A stretch of 64,000 nucleotides of DNA. It comes from Antedon mediterranea. Lineage: Eukaryota > Animalia > Echinodermata. Within the stretch, counting starts at the first letter, position 1. The number at the start of each line of letters is the position of its first letter. The DNA is taken from contig NC_092671.1 in assembly GCF_964355755.1 (NCBI RefSeq), forward strand, positions 21,345,317 to 21,409,316. The letters are read 5' to 3'. The notes below the pieces were generated by a model. That model was given only the letters and a program-made list of their open reading frames with translations. It had not been told where the DNA came from and ran no database searches. Below, in pieces: positions 55,701-64,000 of this stretch. The translations under genes were made by a program, and so were the position numbers.

Positions 55701-58700
55701 AAAACATCAAAGTGGTTAAAATCACATTATAAACCGTTTTAGACCATTTTGAGCATTTCGATAACACTTTTCACACAAAAACATCAAAGTGCTTAGAATA
55801 GCTTCAAATCGCATTTGGAGACGTTTTAGACCATTTTGTGATTTTCCAAAAAACTTGTTAACATAAAAACATCAAAGTGTACAGAATAGCTTCAAATCGC
55901 ATTTGGAGACGTTTTAGACCATTTTGTGATTTTCGAAAAAACTTGTTAACATAAAAACACCAAAGTGCTTAGAATAGCTTCAAATCGCATTAGGAGACGT
56001 TTTAGACCATTTTGTGATTTTCGAAAAAACTTGTTAACATAAAAACACCAAAGTGCTTAGAATAGCTTCAAATCGCATTTGGAGACGTTTAAGACCATTT
56101 TGTGATTTTCGAAAAAACTTGTTAACATAAAAACACCAAAGTGCTTAGAATAGCTTCAAATCGCATTTGGAGACGTTTTAGACCAATTTGTGATTTTCGA
56201 AAAAACTTGGTTACACAAAAACATCAAAGTGGATAAAAGCACATTATAAACCGTTTTAGACCATTTTGAGCATTTCGATAACACATTTCACACAAAAACA
56301 TCAAAGAGCACAAAATAGCTTAATATCGTATTTAAAAACGTTTTAAACCATTTTGAGCATTTCGACAAAACTTTTTCACACAAAACACCAAAGTGTTTAG
56401 AAAAGCTTCAAATCGCATTTGGAGACGTTTTAGACCATTTTGGGATTTTCGAAAAAACTTGTTAACATAAAAACACCAAAGTGCTTAGAATAGCTTCAAA
56501 TCGCATTTGAAGACGTTTTAGACCATTTTGTAATTTTCGAAAAAACTTGTTAACATAAAAACACCAAAATGTTTAGAATAGCTTCAAATCGCATTTGGAG
56601 ACGTTTTAGACCATTTTGTGATTTTCGAAAAAACTTGTTAACACAAAAACACCAAAGTGATTAGAATAGCTTCAAATCGCATTTGGAGACGTTTTAGACC
56701 ATTTTGTGATTTTCGAAAAAACTTGTTAACATAAAAACACCAAAGTGATTAGAATAGCTTCAAATCGCATTTGGAGACGTTTTAGACCATTTTGTGCATT
56801 TCGATGAAACTTGGTTACGCAAAAACATCAAAGTAATAATCACATTATAAACAGTTTTAGACCATTTTGAGCATATCGATAAAACTTTTTACACAAAACA
56901 CCAAAGTGCTTAGAATAGCTTCAAATCGCATTTGGAGACGTTTTAGACCATTTTGTGATTTTCGACAAAACTTTTTCACACAAAACACCAAAGTGCTTAG
57001 AATACCTTCAAATCGCATTTGGAGACGTTTTAGACCATTTTGTGATTTTCGAAAAAACTTGTTAACATAAAAACATCAAAGTGTACAGATTAGCTTCAAA
57101 TCGCATTTGGAGACGTTTTAGACCATTTTGTGATTTTCGAAAAAACTTGTTAACATAAAAACACCAAAGTGCTTAGAATAGCTTCAAATCGAATTAGGAG
57201 ACGTTTTAGACCATTTTGTTATTTTCGAAAAAAACTTGTTAACATAAAAACACCAAAATGTTTAGAATAGCTTCAAATCGCATTTGGAGACGTTTTAGAC
57301 CATTTTGTGATTTTCGAAAAAACTTGTTAACATAAAAACACCAAAGTGCTTAGAATACCTTCAAATCGCATTTGGAGACGTTTTAGACCATTTTGTGATT
57401 TTCCAAAAAACTTGTTAACATAAAAACATCAAAGTGTACAGAATAGCTTCAAATCGCATTTGGAGACGTTTTAGACCATTTTGTGATTTTCGAAAAAACT
57501 TGTTAACATAAAAACACCAAAGTGCTTAGAATAGCTTCAAATCGCATTAGGAGACGTTTTAGACCATTTTGTGATTTTCGAAAAAACTTGTTAACATAAA
57601 AACACCAAAGTGCTTAGAATAGCTTCAAATCGCATTTGGAGACGTTTTAGACCATTTTGTGATTTTCGAAAAAACTTAACATAAAAACACCAAAATGTTT
57701 AGAATAGCTTCAAATCACATTTGGAGACGTTTTAGACCATTTTGTGATTTTCGAAAAAACTTGTTAACACAAAAACACCAAAGTGATTAGAATAGCTTCA
57801 AATCGCATTTGGAGACGTTTTAGACCAATTTGTGCATTTCGATGAAACTTGGTTACGCAAAAACATCAAAGTGCTTAAAATCACATTATAAACCGTTTTA
57901 GACCATTTTGAGCATATCGATAACACTTTTCACACAAAAACATCAAAGAGCACAATATAGCTTAATATCTTATTTAAAAACGTTTTAGACCATTTTGAGC
58001 ATTTCGACAAAACTTTTTCACACAAAACACCAAAGTGCTTAGAATAGCTTCAAATCGCATTTGGAGACGTTTTAGACCATTTTGTGATTTTCGAAAAAAC
58101 TTTTTCACACAAAACACCAAAGTGCTTAGAATACCTTCAAATCGCATTTGGAGACGTTTTAGACCATTTTGTGATTTTCGAAAAAACTTGTTAACATAAA
58201 AACATCAAAGTGTACAGAATAGCTTCAAATCGCATTTGGAGACGTTTTAGACCATTTTGTGATTTTCGAAAAAACTTGTTAACATAAAAACACCAAAGTG
58301 CTTAGAATAGCTTCAAATCGCATTAGGAGACGTTTTAGACCATTTTGTGATTTTCGAAAAAACTTGTTAACACAAAAACACCAAAGTGCTTAGAATAGCT
58401 TCAAATCGCATTTGGAGACGTTTTAGACCATTTTGTGATTTTCGAAAAAACTTGTTAATATAAAAACACCAAAGTACTTAGAATAGCTTCAAATCGCATT
58501 TGGAGACGTTTTAAACCATTTTGTGATTTTCGAAAAAACTTGTTAACATAAAAACACCAAAATGTTTAGAATAGCTTCAAATCGCATTTGGAGACGTTTT
58601 AGACCATTTTGTGATTTTCGAAAAAACTTGTTAACACAAAAACACCAAAGTGATTAGAATAGCTTCAAATCGCATTTGGAGACGTTTTAGACCATTTTGT

Positions 58701-61700
58701 GCATTTCGATGAAACTTGGTTACGGAAAAACATCAAAGTGCTTAAAATCACATTATAAACCGTTTTAGACCATTTTGAGCATTTCGATAACACATTTCAC
58801 ACAAAAACATCAAAGAGCACAAAATAGCTTAATATCGTATTTAAAAACGTTTTAAACCATTTTGAGCATTTCGACAAAACTTTTTCACACAAAACACCAA
58901 AGTGTTTAGAAAAGCTTCAAATCGCATTTGGAGACGTTTTAGACCATTTTGGGATTTTCGAAAAAACTTGTTAACATAAAAACACCAAAGTGCTTAGAAT
59001 ACCTTCAAATCGCATTTGGAGACGTTTTAGACCATTTTGTAATTTTCGAAAAAACTTGTTAACATAAAAACACCAAAGTGCTAAGAATAGCTTCAAATCG
59101 CATTTGGAGACGTTTTAGACCAATTTGTGATTTTCGAAAAAACTTGGTTACACAAAAACATCAAAGTGCTTAAAATCACATTATAAAACCGTTTTAGACC
59201 ATTTTGAGCATTTCGATAACACTTTTCACACAAAAACATCAAAGAGCATAAAATAGGTTAATATCGTATTTAAAAACGTTTTAGACCATTTTGAGCATTT
59301 CGACAAAACTTTTTCACACAAAACACCAAAGTGTACAGAATAGCTTAATATCGTATTTAAAAACGTTTTAGACCATTTTGTGATTTTCGAAAAAACTTGT
59401 TAACATAAAAACACCAAAATGTTTAGAATAGCTTCAAATTGCATTTGGAGACGTTTTAGACCATTTTGTGATTTTCGAAAAAACTTGTTAACACAAAAAC
59501 ACCAAAGTGATTAGAATAGCTTCAAATCGCATTTGGAGACGTTTTAGACCATTTTGTGATTTTCGAAAAAACTTGTTAACATAAAAACACCAAAGTGATT
59601 AGAATAGCTTCAAATCGCATTTGGAGACGTTTTAGACCATTTTGTGCATTTCGATGAAACTTGGTTACGCAAAAACATCAATGTGCTTAAAATCACATTA
59701 TAAACCGTTTTAGACCATTTTGAGCATATCCATAAAACTTTTTACACAAAACACCAAAGTGCTTAGAATAGCTTCAAATCGCATTTGGAGACGTTTTAGA
59801 CCATTTTGTGATTTTCGACAAAACTTTTTCACACAAAACACCAAAGTGCTTAGAATACCTTCAAATCGCATTTGGAGACGTTTTAGACCATTTTGTGATT
59901 TTCGAAAAAACTTGTTAACATAAAAACATCAAAGTGTACAGAATAGCTTCAAATCGCATTTGGAGACGTTTTAGACCATTTTGTGATTTTCGAAAAAACT
60001 TGTTAACATAAAAACACCAAAGTGCTTAGAATAGCTTCAAATCGCATTAGGAGACGTTTTAGACCATTTTGTGATTTTCGAAAAAACTTGTTAACATAAA
60101 AACACCAAAGTGCTTAGAATAGCTTCAAATCGCATTTGGAGACGTTTTAGACCATTTTGTGATTTTCGAAAAAACTTGTTAACATAAAAACACCAAAATG
60201 TTTAGAATAGCTTCAAATCGCATTTGGAGACGTTTTAGACCATTTTGTGATTTTCGAAAAAACTTGTTAACACAAAAACACCAAAGTGATTAGAATAGCT
60301 TCAAATCGCATTTGGAGACGTTTTAGACCATTTTGTGCATTTCGATGAAACTTGGTTACGCAAAAACATCAAAGTGCTTAAAATCACATTATAAACCGTT
60401 TTAGACCATTTTTAGCATATCGATAACACTTTTCACACAAAAACATCAAAGAGCACAATATAGCTTAATATCGTATTTAAAAACGTTTTAGACCATTTTG
60501 AGCATTTCGACAAAACTTTTTCACACAAAACACCAAAGTGCTTAGAATAGCTTCAAATCGCATTTGGAGACGTTTTAGACCATTTTGTGATTTTCGAAAA
60601 AACTTGTTAACATAAAAACATCAAAGGGCTAAGAATAGCTTCAAATCGCATTTGGAGACATTTTAGACCAATTAGTGATTTTCGAAAAAACTTGGTTACA
60701 CAAAAACATCAAAGTGGTTAAAATCACATTATAAACCGTTTTAGACCATTTTGAGCATTTCGATAACACTTTTTACACAAAAACATCAAAGTGCTTAGAA
60801 TAGCTTCAAATCGCATTTGGAGACGTTTTAGACCATTTTGTGATTTTCGAAAAAAACTTTTTAACATAAAAACACCAAACTGCTAAGAATAGCTTCAAAT
60901 CGCATATGGAGACAATTTAGACCATTTTGTGATTTTCGAAAAAACTTGTTAACATAAAAACACCAAAGTGCTTAGAATACCTTCAAATCGCATTTGGAGA
61001 CATTTTAGACCATTTTGTGATTTTCGAAAAAACTTGTTAACATAAAAACATCAAAGTGCTAAGAATAGCTTCCAATCGCATTTGGAGACGTTTTAGACCA
61101 TTTTGTGATTTTCGAAAACAACTTGTTAACATAAAAACACCAAAGTGCTTAGAATAGCTTCAAATCGCATTTGGAGACGTTTTAGACCAATTTGTGATTT
61201 TCGAAAAAACTTGGTTACACAAAAACATCAAAGTGGATAAAATCACATTATAAACCATTTTAGACCATTTTGAGCATATCGATAACACTTTTCACACAAA
61301 AACATCAAAGACCACAATATAGCTTAATATCGTATTTAAAAACGTTTTAGACCATTTTGAGCATTTCGACAAAACTTTTTCACACAAAACACCAAAGTGC
61401 TTAGAATAGCTTCAAATCGCATTTGGAGACGTTTTAGACCATTTTGTGATTTTCGAAAAAACTTGTTAACATAAAAACATCAAAGTGCTAAGAATAGCTT
61501 CAAATCGAATTTGGAGACATTTTAGACCAATTAGTGATTTTCGAAAAAACTTGGTTACACAAAAACATCAAAGTGGTTAAAATCACATTATAAACCGTTT
61601 TAGACCATTTTGAGCATTTCGATAACACTTTTCACACAAAAACATCAAAGTGCTTAGAATAGCTTCAAATCGCATTTGGAGACGTTTTAGACCATTTTGT

Positions 61701-63043
61701 GATTTTCGAAAAAAACTTTTTAACATAAAAACACCAAACTGCTAAGAATAGCTTCAAATCGCATATGGAGACAATTTAGACCATTTTGTGATTTTCGAAA
61801 AAACTTGTTAACATAAAAACACCAAAGTGCTTAGAATACCTTCAAATCGCATTTGGAGACATTTTAGACCATTTTGTGATTTTCGAAAAAACTTGTTAAC
61901 ATAAAAACATCAAAGTGCTAAGAATAGCTTCCAATCGCATTTGGAGACGTTTTAGACTATTTTGTGATTTTCGAAAACAACTTGTTAACATAAAAACACC
62001 AAAGTGCTTAGAATAGCTTCAAATCGCATTTGGAGACGTTTTAGACCAATTTGTGATTTTCGAAAAAACTTGGTTACACAAAAACATCAAAGTGGATAAA
62101 ATCACATTATAAACCGTTTTAGACCATTTTGAGCATTTCGATAACACATATCACACAAAAACATCAAAGAGCACAACATAGCTTAATATCGTATTTAAAA
62201 ACGTTTTAAACCATTTTGAGCATTTCGACAAAACTTTTTCACACAAAACACCAAAGTGTACAGAATAGCTTCAAATCGCATTTGGAGACGTTTTAGACCA
62301 TTTTGTGATTTTCGAAAAAACTTGTTAATATAAAAACACCAAAGTACTTAGAATAGCTTCAAATCGCATTTGGAGACGTTGTAGACCATTTTGTGATTTT
62401 CGAAAAAACTTGTTAACATAAAAACACCAAAGTTTACAGAATAGCTTCAAATCGCATTTGGAGACGTTTTAGACAATTTTGTGCATTTCGATGAAACTTG
62501 GTTACACAAAAACATCAAAGTGCTTAAAATCACATTATAAACCGTTTTAGACCATTTGAGCATTTCCATAACACTTTTCACACAAAAACATCAAAGGGCA
62601 CAATATAGCTTAATATCCTATTTAAAAACGTTTTAGACCATTTTGAGCATTTCGACAAAACTTTTTCACACAAAACACCAAAGTGCTTAGAATACCTTCA
62701 AATCGCATTTGGAGACGTTTTAGACCATTTTGTGATTTTCGAAAAACTTAACATAAAAACATCAAAGTTTACAGAATAGCTTCAAATCGCATTTGGAGAC
62801 GTTTTAAACCATTTTGTGATTTTCGAAAAAACTTGTTAACATAAAAACACCAAAATGTTTAGAATAGCTTCAAATCGCATTTGGAGACGTTTTAGACCAT
62901 TTTGTGATTTTCGAAAAAACTTGTTAACACAAAAACACCAAAGTGATTAGAATAGCTTCAAATCGCATTTGGAGACGTTTTAGACCATTTTGTGATTTTC
63001 GAAAAAACTTGTTAACATAAAAACACCAAAGTGATTAGAATAG

Positions 63044-63584
63044 CTTCAAATCGCATTTGGAGACGTTTTAGACCATTTTGTGCATTTCGATGAAACTTGG
63101 TTACGCAAAAACATCAAAGTGCTTAAAATCACATTATAAACCGTTTTAGACCATTTTGAGCATATCGATAACACTTTTTACACAAAACGCTAAAGTGCTT
63201 AGAATAGCTTCAAATCGCATTTGGAGACGTTTTAGACCATTTTGTGATTTTCGACAAAACTTTTTCACACAAAACACCAAAGTGCTTAGAATACCTTCAA
63301 ATCGCATTTGGAGACGTTTTAGACCATTTTGTGCATTTCGATGAAACTTGGTTACGCAAAAACATCAAAGTGCTTAAAATCACATTATAAACCGTTTTAG
63401 ACCATTTTGAGCATATCGATAACACTTTTTACACAAAACGCTAAAGTGCTTAGAATAGCTTCAAATCGCATTTGGAGACGTTTTAGACCATTTTGTGATT
63501 TTCGACAAAACTTTTTCACACAAAACACCAAAGTGCTTAGAATACCTTCAAATCGCATTTGGAGACGTTTTAGACCATTTTGTG
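63044..63584. repeat. Tandem duplication, period 251 bp (3 monomers: 77+87+87)
   Basis: Private AAAACGCTAAAG occurs twice; ORF-track landmarks 63156/63407. Confidence 0.85.
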
Positions 63585-64000
63585 ATTTTCGAAAAAACTT
63601 GTTAACATAAAAACATCAAAGTGTACAGAATAGCTTCAAATCGCATTTGGAGACGTTTTAGACCATTTTGTGATTTTCGAAAAAACTTGTTAACATAAAA
63701 ACACCAAAGTGCTTAGAATAGCTTCAAATCGCATTAGGAGACGTTTTAGACCATTTTGTGATTTTCGAAAAAACTTGTTAACATAAAAACACCAAAGTGC
63801 TTAGAATAGCTTCAAATCGCATTTGGAGACGTTTTAGACCATTTTGTGATTTTCGAAAAAACTTGTTAACATAAAAACACCAAAGTTCTTAAAATAGCTT
63901 CAAATCGCATTTGGAGACGTTTTAGACCATTTTGTGATTTTCGAAAAAACTTGTTAACATAAAAACACCAAAGTGTTTAGAAAAGCTTCAAATCGCATTT

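Larger units (their letters stand above)
1..64000. repeat. Satellite DNA array: 88-bp monomer with ~77-bp (B) and ~88-bp (C) variant classes, head-to-tail, possibly centromeric or pericentromeric
   Basis: Monomer starts at 7861 and 7949 are 88 bp apart; the B monomer at 2868-2944 is 77 bp and a C monomer follows at 2945. The repeat continues across the whole window except for five 357-bp inserts, and no inversion was seen. Centromeric location is inference only. Confidence 0.98.

Noticed and set aside
582-63610. Repeated 62-69 aa ORFs (MSISI..RIWRRFRPFCDFR.. and the minus-strand ORF at 2218-2427)
   Set aside because: They are translations of satellite DNA. The plus-strand ones start at TTG and stay open only because 87-bp monomers (a multiple of 3) adjoin; there is no gene context.
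1-64000. CRISPR array
   Set aside because: The units are contiguous near-identical monomers with no unique spacers, no leader and no cas genes.

Overview
The whole 64 kb is a non-coding, AT-rich satellite array of eukaryotic type, with every monomer head-to-tail on one strand. The basic monomer is 88 bp (consensus AAAAACACCAAAGTGCTTAGAATAGCTTCAAATCGCATTTGGAGACGTTTTAGACCATTTTGTGATTTTCGAAAAAACTTGTTAACAT). Two recurrent diverged classes occur: 'B' (~77 bp, AAAATCACATTATAAACCG) and 'C' (~88 bp, GCACAATATAGCTTAATATCGTATTTAAAAACG). The monomers form irregular higher-order repeats and nested recent tandem duplications (periods 251, 506, 1121, 1211, 1892, 2239, 5288 and 5611 bp), plus an apparent 26-36 kb colinear macro-repeat. 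The only non-satellite DNA is a 357-bp tRNA-headed SINE present five times (starts 8237, 13525, 37169, 46740, 52351). It has Pol III A and B boxes, a central segment resembling (from memory) the Deu/Nin SINE domain, a structured 3' end and an A-rich tail. All copies sit at the same monomer position with the same private flanking variants, so this is one insertion multiplied by array duplication. The element lacks its own 5' end and any internal terminator, both of which the satellite could supply. No credible protein-coding genes are present; all ORFs in the track are repeat artefacts. All coordinates and periods were read by hand.
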